Origin: a bacterium
Lineage (GTDB): Bacteria > UBA8248 > JACPRG01 > G963555815
Assembly: GCA_965261595.1 (NCBI GenBank)
Contig: CBDHDG010000006.1
Span: forward strand, 1,696,001 to 1,760,000
DNA: 64,000 nt
Direction of reading: 5' to 3'
The translations under genes were made by a program, and so were the position numbers. Below the pieces are notes generated by a model, which searched no databases, had not been told where the DNA came from, and saw only the letters and a list, made by a program, of their open reading frames with translations. Position 1 is the first letter of the stretch. Each line of letters starts with the position of its first letter. Below are positions 40,425-50,806 of the stretch, piece after piece.

Positions 40425-41921
40425 TCATTCCCGCCGGTAGTTGGGGGCCTCCTGCGTGACCTCGATGTCGTGGACGTGGCTCTCGCGCAGGCCCGCCGCC
40501 GTGATCCGGCAGAAGCGGGCGTTCTCCCGCAGCTCGGGCAGGGTCCGGCACCCGCAGTACCCCATTCCCGCGGCGACGCCCCCCGTGGGCTGGTGGACGT
40601 TGTCGGCCATCGGCCCCCGGTAGGGGACCCGCCCCTCGACCCCTTCGGGGACGAGCCTGCCGCTCTCGGCCTCCGCGCCGCCCCCGTCCGATCCGTTGGC
40701 CGGGGCCGCCTGGCCGTAACGGTCGGCGCTCCCTTGGCTCATGGCCCCGAGGGACCCCATCCCCCGGTAGACCTTGTAGCTCCGTCCCTGGTAGAGGACG
40801 CGCTTGCCGGGGCTCTCGTCGGCGCCCGCGAAGAGGCTGCCGATCATGACCGAGTCCGCCCCCGCGGCCAGGGCCTTGACGATGTCCCCCGAGCACTTGA
40901 TGCCGCCGTCGGCGATGACGGGCGAGCCGAGGGCGGCGGCCCGCTCCGTGCAGCCCGACACCGCCGAGAACTGCGGGACGCCGACGCCGGCGACCATCCG
41001 CGTCGTGCAGATCGACCCGGGCCCCACGCCGACCTTGATGGCGTCCGCCCCGGCGGGGATGAGGTCCTCCGTCCCCTCCGGCGTGGCGACGTTTCCGCCG
41101 ACCACCTGGAGGTCCGGATACTCGCCCTTGATCCAGCCCACCGTCCGGAGCGCCGCCTCGGAGTGGCCGTGGGCGGTGTCCACGACGATCAGGTCCACGC
41201 CCCGCTCGGGCCAGGAGGCGGACCCGCTCGTGGGTGTCGGCGCCCGTCCCCACCGCCGCCCCGACGCGCAGGCGGCCGTCGCCGTCCTTGAAGGCCCGGG
41301 GATATTGTTTCCGCTTCAGGATGTCCTTGATGGTGATCAGCCCCTGGAGGCTGAACGCCTCGTCCACGACCGGGAGCTTTTCGTCCGGTTTTTCTGGAGG
41401 AGGGCCTTGGCCTGCTCCAGCGTCGTCCCCACCGGCGCGGTGACGAGGTTCTCGCGGGTCATGTACTCGCGGACGAAGCCGCCCTCGTCCTCGACGAAGC
41501 GCAGATCCCGGTTGGTCAGGATGCCGGCGAGCTTTCCGCCCTCGACGATGGGGACGCCCGAGATTTGGAACCGGGCCATGAGGTCCTGGGCCTCGCGGAC
41601 GGTCCGGTTCGGCCCCAGGGTGATGGGGTCCCGGATCATCCCGCTCTCCGAGCGCTTGACCTTGTCTACCTCCTCGGCCTGGCGCTCGGGGGAGAGGTTT
41701 CGGTGGATGACGCCGATTCCGCCCTCCTGCGCGATGGCGATGGCGAGACGGGCCTCGGTGACGGTGTCCATGGCGGCGGAGAGGAGCGGGATGTTCATCG
41801 TCAGGTTCCGGGTGAGGCGCGTCGTGAGGTCCACGTCCCGGGGCAGGACGGCGGATCGGCCGGGCACGAGCATCACGTCGTCGAACGTCAGCATCTCGGG
41901 GATCGTTCCGTTATCCGTCAT
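40425..41921 (-). pseudogene. guaB: IMP dehydrogenase with two compensating frameshifts (possibly artefactual)
   Basis: [21 protein letters not shown] pair, [26 protein letters not shown] spread over ORFs 41337-41921, 40414-41367 and 40425-41198; -1 at about 41384 and +1 at about 41205. Confidence 0.92.
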
Positions 41922-41948
41922 GAGAGATCGCTTCTCTCCCCCCCCCCC

Positions 41949-42830
41949 TCAATAGTTCAGGACCAACAACTCGTTGATCTCCCCCCGGCCGTCGGCCTTG
42001 GAGTTGATCGCCCGCCGGGCCCGGACGGTTTCCAGGCGGAATCCTTTGTAAAGCCCCCGGGTGAACAAGCAGTCGCTGTTGCTGAGCATCAGCCTGCAGC
42101 CCTTGCGGTCGAGCGTCCGGTACACTTCGGCCAGCCGCTTCTGGTCCGATTCCTTGAAGTCCCCCGCCGTATAGCTCGTGAAGCTGGAGGTCTTGGAGAG
42201 GGGGTGATAGGGCGGGTCGAAGTAGATGAAATCCCCCCGCCTTTGCTTCGCGATATCGGAGAGCACGGAAAAATGTCGGACCTGGAGGTCCACGCTTTGC
42301 AAGGCCTGACTGACGCGCCGGAGGTTCTCGGCGTCGAAGATGCGGGGGTTCTTGTAGCTGCCCATCGGGACGTTGAACCCTCCCCGGGAATTCACCCGAT
42401 ACAGGCCGTTGAAACAGGTCTTGTTGAGGTAGATGAGCCGGGCGGCGCGCGCCGGGGGAGAGAGGGCGGCCGGGTTCAGCGACCGAACACGGTAGTAATG
42501 GCCCTCTCCGTGACTTCGGCGGTGTTCTTTCAGTCCGATCAGGAGATCCTCCACATCGTCCCGGACCGCCCGGTATGCGTTCATCAGCTCCTCGTTGGAG
42601 TCGGACAACACGACATCGGCGGGGTTGAATCGCTCCATCACGTAAAAGAACACCGCGCCGCTTCCCACAAATGGCTCGCTGTAGCGCCCGACCTCGTGGG
42701 GGAAAAACCGCTCGAACTGCCCCAAGAGTCGGGCTTTGCCTCCCGCCCATTTCAGGAACGGGCTGAGTGGACGGGTTCCTCCCTGAGGGTTCCCGTTCAT
42801 TCGGTTCGGGTGGATGGCCGAAGGGCTCAT
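41949..42830 (-). CDS. dam: Dam-like (D12 class) DNA adenine methyltransferase
   Basis: [42 protein letters not shown]; target specificity not proven. Confidence 0.88.
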   Translation of the reverse strand: MSPSAIHPNRMNGNPQGGTRPLSPFLKWAGGKARLLGQFERFFPHEVGRYSEPFVGSGAVFFYVMERFNPADVVLSDSNEELMNAYRAVRDDVEDLLIGLKEHRRSHGEGHYYRVRSLNPAALSPPARAARLIYLNKTCFNGLYRVNSRGGFNVPMGSYKNPRIFDAENLRRVSQALQSVDLQVRHFSVLSDIAKQRRGDFIYFDPPYHPLSKTSSFTSYTAGDFKESDQKRLAEVYRTLDRKGCRLMLSNSDCLFTRGLYKGFRLETVRARRAINSKADGRGEINELLVLNY

Positions 42831-42842
42831 CGATCAAAAACC

Positions 42843-44826
42843 TCACCTTCTCAGAAACCGCCGCTCGACCTCTTCCTTGGGCAGGACCAGCGTGATCGGC
42901 CTTCCGTGCGGACACGTGAAGAGGATGTCCAGCTCCAGGCACTCGTTCACCAGGTGCTCGATCTCCTCGTTCGACATCCGGTGGTGCGCCTTGACCGCCC
43001 CCCGGCAGGCCATCCGGTCGATGACGTGCGCGGCGAGATCGGAGAAGTTCTTCTGTCGCGAGCCGGCCTCCCCCCCCGCCGCAACGTCGGCGGCCAGCGC
43101 CTCGATGACCTCCCGCGCCAGGACCGACGGGTCGACGTGGGCGAGCAGCGCCGGGACCTCCCGGACGATGAACGTCGTGGGGCCGAAAGGCTCGATCCGA
43201 AGCCCCAGGCGGTCCAAGTCGTCCAGGCGCTCGCTCACCCAGGGCGCCTCGGCGGCCGAGACCTCGACGTTCGCGGGAATCAAAAGGGCCTGGCGCTCCA
43301 CCCGCCCGGCGTCCGCCTTCTCCGTCAGCCGCGCGAACAGGACCCGCTCGTGGGCCGTGTGCTGATCCATGACGAGCAGGCCGGAAGGGTGCTCCAGGAG
43401 GACGAACGTCCCGTGAAGCTGGCCGATGACCCGGACGTTGGAAAGCAGGTGTTTGGGCGCGGCGGTGTCCAGAAGGGGGAGGGGAGACCCATCGGGGATT
43501 GCCTCGGCGGCCGGCTGGGCCGAATGCGCGGCGGGCGCCCCGGGGGCGCCCGCCGGGACCCGCCCCATTCCGCCCGACCTTCTCCCCCCCCCTCCGCCGG
43601 CCCGCCGGCCGCCGGAGAAGCCGAACTTCCAGCTCGCCGGACGCGCGCTTCCCCCCCCCCCCCCCCCCGGAATCCGGCCGGTCGGCGGGCCGCCTCAGGG
43701 GATAGACCTTTGCGACCGGCGGGCGTCCCGCGCCGCCGGGCCCGGACAATCCCGTTTCCCCCGCGGGGAGGATGTCCCCGACGACGCCGGAGGCTGTGAC
43801 CAACCCTTCCCCCAACGCCCGCCGGACGGCCGAGAACACCCGCCCGCCGTCGCGGAAGCGGACTTCGGCCTTCGCCGGGTGGACGTTCACGTCCAGGTCC
43901 GCCGGGTCCATCGTCACGTACAGGAACAGGAGCGGATGCCGGCCCGAGGGGATCAGCCCCCGGTAAACGTCGTACGCCGCGCCCACGACCGTCTGGTCCC
44001 GGACCGTGCGGCCGTTGATGACGACATGCTGGCACGACCGCCCGGCGCGGGTGACCGAAGGCAGGGAGGCGAACCCCTCGACACGCACGGGGCGCGCCTC
44101 CGCCGGATTCGCCGGAAGGGGGAGGGGAAACAACCCCTCCGCCTCCCGGGCGGGAAGGAGCGCCCTCACCCGGCCTTCGCGATCCGTGGGCGGAAGGTCA
44201 AGGAGGACCTTCTTCCCGGTCTTCAGGTGGAAGCCGACTTCGGGAAAGGCCAGGGCGGCGTTGGAAGCGGCCTCGACGATGCGCGAAAGCTCCGTCCGCT
44301 CGCTTTTCAGGAATTTGAGCCGGGCCGGGGTGTTAAAGAAGAGGTCCCGGACTTCGACGGCCGTCCCGGGGGGCGCCGGGGCCTCGCGGACCTCGACCTC
44401 GATCCCGCCCTCGACGACGACCTTCGTCCCCGTCTCTCCCTCCCCCTCCGCCCCCCCGTGTTCCGTCGCGCTTGAGCGGCGCCGGGTGACGAGGGTTGTC
44501 CGGGAGACCGAGGCGATGCTCGGCAGGGCCTCCCCCCGGAAGCCGAGGGTGGCCAGGGCCTCCAGGTCTTCCGCCCGGCGGACCTTGCTCGTGGCATGGC
44601 GTTGGAAGGCCAGCCGGGCGTCGCCGGGGCGGATCCCCGCGCCGTCATCGGCGACGAGGATGCGCTTCATTCCGCCGCCGGAAACTTCGATCTCGATGCG
44701 GCGGGCCCCCGCGTCCAGGGCGTTTTCGATCAGCTCCTTGACGACCGACGCCGGGCGCTCTACAACCTCGCCCGCGGCGATCTGATTCGCGAGCGGCGGG
44801 GGCATGACCTGGATTCGCGGCTCCAT
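42843..44826 (-). pseudogene. mutL: DNA mismatch repair protein MutL, frameshifted in the linker
   Basis: IAAGEVVERPASVVKELIENALDA, LGFRGEAL and DVNVHPAK in the frame of 44826. DQHTAHER, ACRGAVK and CPHGRP lie in another frame (42843-43568). A C18 run sits at 43651-43668. Confidence 0.93.
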
Positions 44827-44927
44827 TGGACTTCTTTCCGGGAGACCGGGTGCAAGTCGATTGCTGAAAATCTCGTCTAGAATGGCTCGAACAATACCAG
44901 GACCTGAAACCCCGAGTCAATGGGTAA

Positions 44928-44974
44928 ATACAACATATTATGGTTTAACTCTAAAATTATACAAAATGTCGTAT
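44928..44974. promoter_or_regulatory. Two candidate NrdR boxes, 31 bp apart
   Basis: ATACAACATATTATGG (44928) and ATACAAAATGTCGTAT (44959) resemble the acaCwAtATaTwGtgt consensus. Confidence 0.45.
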
Positions 44975-44989
44975 GTTCCGTGTTTTCTC

Positions 44990-45017
44990 TTGCGGCGCCG
45001 AACGCAGCCGGTATAAT
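44990..45017 (+). promoter_or_regulatory. Putative sigma70 promoter for mazG
   Basis: TTGCGG-N16-TATAAT about 80 nt upstream of mazG. Confidence 0.5.
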
Positions 45018-45038
45018 GCGAATGTCTTCGGATACACT

Positions 45039-45082
45039 AGAATATAAGCCCTTGTGTCACAGAATATAAGCCCTTGTGTCAC
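45039..45082 (+). repeat. Perfect 22-bp tandem duplication
   Basis: AGAATATAAGCCCTTGTGTCAC occurs twice in a row. Confidence 0.92.
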
Positions 45083-45098
45083 GAAAGGAAACCGAAAA

Positions 45099-45902
45099 AT
45101 GTCCGATCCCTGGCCTTTTGAAGACTTGGTTCGGATCATGGCCGACCTCCGGGCGGAAGGGGGATGTCCCTGGGATCGGGAGCAGACGCACGAAACCCTC
45201 AGACCGTACCTCATTGAAGAGACCCACGAGGTCATCGAGGCCATCGAGGCGGGCTCGGACGCGAACCTCGCCGAGGAGCTCGGGGACCTCCTCCTTCAGG
45301 TGGTCTTCCACGCGCGGATCGCCGAGGAAGAGGGGCGGTTCACGATTCAGGATGTCGTCGGCGGCATCCATGAGAAGCTCGTCCGGCGGCACCCCCACGT
45401 CTTCGGAGACGTTCAGGCCGACACCCCGGAGAAGGTCCTCCGGAACTGGGAGGCCATCAAGCTGCGGGAGCGGGCCGGGGGGAACGAGGAAGAGGAGAAT
45501 ACCCCCTCGGTCCTGGGCGGCGTCCCCGCCTCCCTGCCTGCCCTCCTCAAGGCCCAGCGGGTCCAGACCAAGGCCGGGCGCGTCGGCTTCGATTGGAAGA
45601 GCCCCGAGGGCCCGCTCGCGAAGGTCCGGGAGGAGATCGAAGAGGTCGAAGGGGCCATCCGGGAAGGGGGCGGGGAATCCGGGTGCGTCGAGCGGGAGAT
45701 GGGGGACCTCCTGTTCGCCCTCGTCAATGTCGCCCGCCACCTCAAGGTGGACGCGGAGGGGGCCCTGCGGGTGTGCGTCGACCGGTTCATGGGGCGCTTT
45801 CGGTACATCGAGGGGCGTCTCGCCGAACGCGGCCTCACCGCGCGGGAGGCCGACCTCGCCACGCTGGACGCCCTGTGGGATGAGGCCAAAGGGAAGGGGT
45901 GA
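45099..45902 (+). CDS. mazG: Nucleoside triphosphate pyrophosphohydrolase
   Basis: GCPWDREQT, EELGDLLLQVVFH, RRHPHVF, GFDW, EMGDLLF. Confidence 0.96.
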   Translation: MSDPWPFEDLVRIMADLRAEGGCPWDREQTHETLRPYLIEETHEVIEAIEAGSDANLAEELGDLLLQVVFHARIAEEEGRFTIQDVVGGIHEKLVRRHPHVFGDVQADTPEKVLRNWEAIKLRERAGGNEEEENTPSVLGGVPASLPALLKAQRVQTKAGRVGFDWKSPEGPLAKVREEIEEVEGAIREGGGESGCVEREMGDLLFALVNVARHLKVDAEGALRVCVDRFMGRFRYIEGRLAERGLTAREADLATLDALWDEAKGKG

Positions 45903-46813
45903 CCGCCATCATCGTTCCGCCCGTCCTCTTCGCCCTGGCCTCCATGGCCGTCCAGTCCCTCGTCGACTGCGTTTATAAGCGCGCCCAGGTCAAGGGGGCG
46001 GTCCCCGAGACGGTTCTCGTCTATCAGTCTTACAGCTTCGGCGTGACGGCCTTCGCCCTCGTTCTGGCGCTGGGGGTGTTCCCGGCCGATCTCACGGCGT
46101 GGAAGTGTGGCCCGGCCTGCGGGCTGATCGGGTTCGCGGCGTACTACTTTTTTCTGCGGAGCCTTAAGGGGGGACAGGTCAGCGTCAACACGACGGTCTT
46201 CCGCCTCAGCTTCATTCTGACGGCCGGGCTGGCTGTTGTCTTCCTGGCCGAGCCGGTGACCGCGCGGAAGGCGGGGGGGCTGGCGGCGGCGGTTCTCGCG
46301 GTGGCGTCATTGACCGTGACCTCCGGACGCGGGGGGCACCGGCGGCCGGGTGTCGAAACCGGGACGGGATCGGCGGGCGGGGCCGCGGCGGTTTCCGCCG
46401 GGAAGGGCCGCGGCGTGGGATTCGCTGTCGCGGCGCTGCTCTGTTTGGGGACGCTCTCGTTCATCTACAAACTGGCCGCGCGGGAGGGCGTTCCGGCGCC
46501 GTCGCTGATCTTCATCCAGTTCGCCTTCTTCTCACCGGCCGCGATGGTCTACGCGGCCCTGCGCCGCCGGTTCGTCTGGCACCCCGTTTCGGCGGGGCAC
46601 GACCTTGGGGCGGGCGTCCTCCTGTCCCTGTCCCTCATCCTGCTGGTGTCGGCGCTTGCGCGCGGCGAAGCGGGGACGATGGTCCCCGTCAGCCAGATGA
46701 GCTTCGTCCTGACGGCGGTCCTCGCCGTCCCGTGGTTCGGCGAGGCCTGGACGGCCCGGAAGACAGCGGCCGTCATCCTGGCGGCGGGGGCGGTGGCTCT
46801 GCTTTCCGGTTAG
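45899..46813 (+). CDS. EamA/DMT family transporter
   Basis: Two 5-TM repeats ending FLAEPV and WFGEAW; GTGA overlap with mazG. Confidence 0.85.
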   Translation: MTAIIVPPVLFALASMAVQSLVDCVYKRAQVKGAVPETVLVYQSYSFGVTAFALVLALGVFPADLTAWKCGPACGLIGFAAYYFFLRSLKGGQVSVNTTVFRLSFILTAGLAVVFLAEPVTARKAGGLAAAVLAVASLTVTSGRGGHRRPGVETGTGSAGGAAAVSAGKGRGVGFAVAALLCLGTLSFIYKLAAREGVPAPSLIFIQFAFFSPAAMVYAALRRRFVWHPVSAGHDLGAGVLLSLSLILLVSALARGEAGTMVPVSQMSFVLTAVLAVPWFGEAWTARKTAAVILAAGAVALLSG

Positions 46814-47576
46814 GATTCTCCGCAAGCGTCGACCCTTCTCGACTCGGTTGGAATGTGGGACCTGACTCCACGAACGTTCCTCAAGCGGAGAGACTTGCAA
46901 AGGACTGTGGTAGAATCCGGCAACTTTCCGGATGTCACACGAATGCCGCGGGATATCCAAACTCGGGTTGTCCGGGAAATCCCGGAGAAGATTCCCGGAG
47001 GTCTCGCGGCGGCCGTCCGGAATCGAGAGGGGACAAAGGGGTTCTCGCTCGCCGCCTCCTGTTCACGGTGGCCTTGTCAAGGTGCCCGGCAAAGGGGGAA
47101 TTTTCAGTGAATCGAATACTGTGTGTGGCGCTGAGCGTGCTGGCCGTTTCCGTCATGATGTTCGCCGTTCCGTATGCCGCCAACGGGGCGAAGGACCCCG
47201 CGACGCTCGGCCTCGATTGGCTTCCCATCGGCAATCACGTAGGGATTTTCGCCGCCCAGGACAAAGGATTCTACGCCCGGGAAAACCTGGACCTGAACAT
47301 CAAGCGGGGGTTCGGCTCCTCCGACACGGTGAAGAGAATCGGGGCGGGGGAATCGGACTTCGGCCACGCCGACATCGCCAGCGCCGTCGTCGGCCGGTCC
47401 AGAGGACTTCCGGTCAAGAGCGTGGGGGTTGTCTTCTCGAGTGGGTTCAACGCCCTCTACGCGCTGAAGAGCAGCGGCGTCCGCACCCCCAAAGACCTCG
47501 AGGGGAAAACGTTCGGGGACACGGCGGGAGTGGACCGCCCCTGGGTTATTGGACACTCGGGTGAGGGTATTCGACC

Positions 47577-48485
47577 TCATGCGGCCTCCGCAACTTGAGC
47601 GAGTTTTTCCTGCCTTGCCTGGGCCGGCGTTCGGTAGCCGTAGCCCTCGAGAATCCAATGATGGTTGTACAGGTTCTTGAACTCAAGCAGCGCCCACCGC
47701 AGTTCCTCTACGGTGGCGAAAGAGCGCACCCACAGGAGATTCTCCTTCAAGATGCGGATGAACCACTCACAGTAGCCATTTCCCTCGGGCGCCCGCACGA
47801 AGCTGGGCGAACTGGTCATGCCCAGGTAGGCGATCTCCCGCTGAAAGTCATCGGACAGATAGGCGGGGCCGTGGTCGTGACGAACTTTAAGCCCCTCGGC
47901 GACGTCCGCCTCCAAGCCGGCGAAGCGCTCGGCGACCCCCTGCCGGATCGGCTCCAGGGCCTCGAAGCGGTTGCCGCTCTTGGCCGCATGGATCCCCACG
48001 CAGTCCACCGAACAGTGATCCACCGCCACGAACACCGAGGCCATCCCCTCCTCGGTGGTCACCGTCGTCGTCATGTCCGTGCCCCACATTCGGTCGGGCC
48101 GCTCGGTGCGGATGGTCCCGTTGTGGGCCTTGGGACCTCGGGGTTTGCCCACCCGGTGGGGGGCCTGAAGCCCCGCCTCCCGCATCAGGCGACGCACCCG
48201 CTCCTTGCTGGTGCGGATGCCCGCGAAGCGCAGCCTCGCCCACACCTTGCGGTAGCCCTCGCCATGGAAGGGAGAGTCCTCCAGGACCTGCCGGATGTGG
48301 CCGAGGAGTTCCGCATCGGTGCACGGGCCCACAGGGCCGCGCTTATTGGGCGTGGGGCGTTCATGAACGGGGACCGCCTCTCGCCGCCGTTGCGCGTAGA
48401 CCGTGGAGCGCGCCAAGCCCCAAAGGGCGCACACCCGCTTCAGGCCGTAGGCTCTGCCCGTGGAGGTGAAGCGGGCCTGACTCAT
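47577..48485 (-). CDS. IS3-like transposase OrfB (HTH + rve DDE core)
   Basis: GYRKVW, WGTDMT, HDHGPAY, GNGYCEW. Confidence 0.9.
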   Translation of the reverse strand: MSQARFTSTGRAYGLKRVCALWGLARSTVYAQRRREAVPVHERPTPNKRGPVGPCTDAELLGHIRQVLEDSPFHGEGYRKVWARLRFAGIRTSKERVRRLMREAGLQAPHRVGKPRGPKAHNGTIRTERPDRMWGTDMTTTVTTEEGMASVFVAVDHCSVDCVGIHAAKSGNRFEALEPIRQGVAERFAGLEADVAEGLKVRHDHGPAYLSDDFQREIAYLGMTSSPSFVRAPEGNGYCEWFIRILKENLLWVRSFATVEELRWALLEFKNLYNHHWILEGYGYRTPAQARQEKLAQVAEAA

Positions 48486-48868
48486 CGCCTCCACCTCCTG
48501 CCGGCTAAAGGGCGGCCGGCCTCCAGGCGGTCGATCTTCTCCCGCAGGACCTCGCCCTCCATCGTGAGTTCGCCCACCTTGGCCTTGAGCCGGGCGTTCT
48601 CCTCGGCCCGCTCATCCGCCGGGCGAGCTTTGAGCGCCGCCTCGCCCCCGCGAAGGAACGCCTCGCGCCAGGCGGAAAGCCGAGCCGCTGTCGTGCCCAA
48701 CTCGCGGCAGAGCGTCTCCAGGCTCTCGCCCCGCAAAAGACGCAGGACCGCCTCCCGCTTGCGCTGGCAGGAGAACCGACCCCGCTCACTGCGATGCCCT
48801 GGGGCCTTGGCTCCGTTCGCCCTGCGGGCGCCCTCCGCCAAAGCCCCCTCTTGCTTTTGTTCGTTCAT
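48482..48868 (-). CDS. IS3-like transposase OrfA (HTH + coiled coil)
   Basis: KREAVLRLLRGESLETLCRELG...WREAF...LKAKVGELTME. Confidence 0.88.
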   Translation of the reverse strand: MNEQKQEGALAEGARRANGAKAPGHRSERGRFSCQRKREAVLRLLRGESLETLCRELGTTAARLSAWREAFLRGGEAALKARPADERAEENARLKAKVGELTMEGEVLREKIDRLEAGRPLAGRRWRR

Positions 48869-49719
48869 CGCGACACCCCTTTCTCCATGAATCATGGATC
48901 AATCGAGTGTCCAACAAAACCCTAGAGCGGGGGAGGAGGCTCCACCCGGACGCTGCTTCCGGCCTTTCTTCAGGCCAACGGGATCAAGAACATGCCGTGG
49001 CTTTCCATGAAAGGCTCGGCCAAGAATTCTTCCCTCATCTCCGGCAAGGTGGACACCATCGGCACCGGCATCTCCACCGCGGGCATTCTGCGGGACAAGG
49101 CGCGCAAGAACGGCGACGACATCGTGGTGTTCTTTTTCAGCGATTACGGCGTGGACATCTACGCGCACGGGTTTCTCATCCGCGACGATCTGGCTCAGTC
49201 CAAGCCCGACTTGATCCGCCGGTTCGTCAAGGCGACGTTCGAGGGCATCGCCTGGGTGGTGGAACATCCGAGTGAAGCCGTGGCGTCTTATTGGAAGCGT
49301 CAACCCATGCAGACCCTCCGCGGCGTTCGGTCTCAATGGGATGGGACGGTTCGGTCTCTGTTGAGCGCTTACGCCGTCAAGCACGGGATTGGCCACATCA
49401 ACGAGAAGAAGATGGCCTACACCATCGACACGATGACGCGGCTCATGAAGCTTCCCCGCCGGGTGAGCCCCTCCGAGATGTATACGAACCGCTTTCTGCC
49501 GAAGCTTTTTCCGAAGGCCGGAAAGTAGGTGAAAAGGGGTCGTTACGGGGGAAAGGGAAAACGGGGTCTAACGCGGTTTCTCTCTCGCTCATCCTTGCGC
49601 TTGTGGAAGCGTGAGCCAAACTCGAAGTGTCATTCCGGACTAGCGAAGAATCTCGATGAAAGGAGGTGCCGCGAGGGAGGCCCTTCTTTATTCCGGGTCC
49701 GACAACCCGGCTGTGCGCC

Positions 49720-50640
49720 TCATAGGACGGAAGCGGCGCTTTGATCCTCCGACCCTTCGGCGCGGGAGATCATTTCCAATGAGGCCGCGCACCGGAATCC
49801 GAAGTAGGCGTGACCGGTGGCCTGCCGGCACGAGGAGACGGTTTCGCGCGATGTGGCGGTGAGGCCTTCCGCCCCGCTGGACGCGTTGCCCCCGCGGGCG
49901 ACCCGGGTTCCGCTTACCGAGAGGTTTTTCCGGCCGTCCTTGGGATTATAGGGATAGGGCCGGTGGAGAGAGCGGATCCATTCCCAGACTTGGCCCGCCA
50001 TGTCCAGGACGCCGTAAGGGCTCGCCCCCTTGGGGTATTGTCCGACGGGGAGCGTTTGGCCGCGGAAACCTCCGAAGAGCGCCAAGTCCGGCCCGGGCGG
50101 GGCGTTGCCCCAGGGATAGACCCGTCCATCTGTCCCCCGCGCGGCCTTTTCCCATTCCTCTTCGCTCGGAAGGCGCTTCTTTCGCCATTTGCAATAGGCG
50201 ACCGCGCCGCGCCGGCTGACCTCTCCGGCCGGATGGTTCTCGTATCCCTTGTCCGGGGAAAAAACGCCGCCGCGCTCGTGGATTCGGTTTTCGCCGTCCA
50301 GGACGTCCAGGTACATCTCACCCTTGGGCCCGGTTGGGCCTCTCGCTTGCACAAATCGCGCGAAGTCGGTCGCGGTTACCAGGTTCCTGTCAATGTAGAA
50401 GGTGGGCAGGGACACCCGGTGGGCGGGGCTTTCGCCCGCAGGGCCCCCATCGCGCCCCATGATGAAAGGGCCGCCGGGAATGAGGACCATCCCGGTGAAA
50501 TGTCCGCCCTGTTGGGATGAGGCCGTCCGCGGCCAGAGGGCGTAGCCGAAAGCCGTAACGCAAACCGAGAGGAGGATCGCGGCGAAGGCGATATTCTCCG
50601 GGAGGAACTCCCGTCTCCCTTCTCTGAACGGCCAGCTCAT
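49720..50640 (-). CDS. Formylglycine-generating enzyme (SUMF1/FGE-sulfatase) domain protein
   Basis: IPGGPFIMG, RLPSEEEWEKAARG, YPWG, DMAGQVWEW, GFRC; N-terminal hydrophobic segment. Confidence 0.88.
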   Translation of the reverse strand: MSWPFREGRREFLPENIAFAAILLSVCVTAFGYALWPRTASSQQGGHFTGMVLIPGGPFIMGRDGGPAGESPAHRVSLPTFYIDRNLVTATDFARFVQARGPTGPKGEMYLDVLDGENRIHERGGVFSPDKGYENHPAGEVSRRGAVAYCKWRKKRLPSEEEWEKAARGTDGRVYPWGNAPPGPDLALFGGFRGQTLPVGQYPKGASPYGVLDMAGQVWEWIRSLHRPYPYNPKDGRKNLSVSGTRVARGGNASSGAEGLTATSRETVSSCRQATGHAYFGFRCAASLEMISRAEGSEDQSAASVL

Positions 50641-50806
50641 CTCTCTTGTCCACCAGACGCGGGGCAGGGACTCCGGCCCCGACGGTCTTCATCATAAGGA
50701 AGCGGGTTCTCGCCGGTCAACAGCCCCGGGCGCTCAGTGATCCCCAGTTTTCATCGGCCGTTCGGCGCCGCCAATCGTGAGGACAGGTGCTGCCGAACGT
50801 CCACCT

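Larger units (their letters stand above)
47531..48934 (-). mobile_element. IS3-like insertion sequence, copy 1 (1404 bp), 4-bp target duplication GGAG
   Basis: Near-identical inverted copy at 60759-62162; imperfect terminal IRs sharing TTGGACACTCG; orfA/orfB with ATGA overlap. Confidence 0.93.
47107..49528 (+). pseudogene. NMT1/THI5-like ABC substrate-binding protein disrupted by an IS
   Basis: N-terminal part (LDWLP, RGFGS, TPKDLEGKT) and C-terminal part (49528 end) rejoin in frame as TAGGSTRTLLPAF after removing 47531-48934 and one GGAG copy. Confidence 0.9.

Noticed and set aside
41911..44826. 971-aa ORF as a novel MutL fusion
   Set aside because: After about residue 390 it is out-of-frame read-through over the true MutL C-terminus and dam.
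46814..47106. TPP riboswitch before the NMT1/THI5-like gene
   Set aside because: No CTGAGA or ACCTGA core motifs; only short CCGG...CCGG hairpins.
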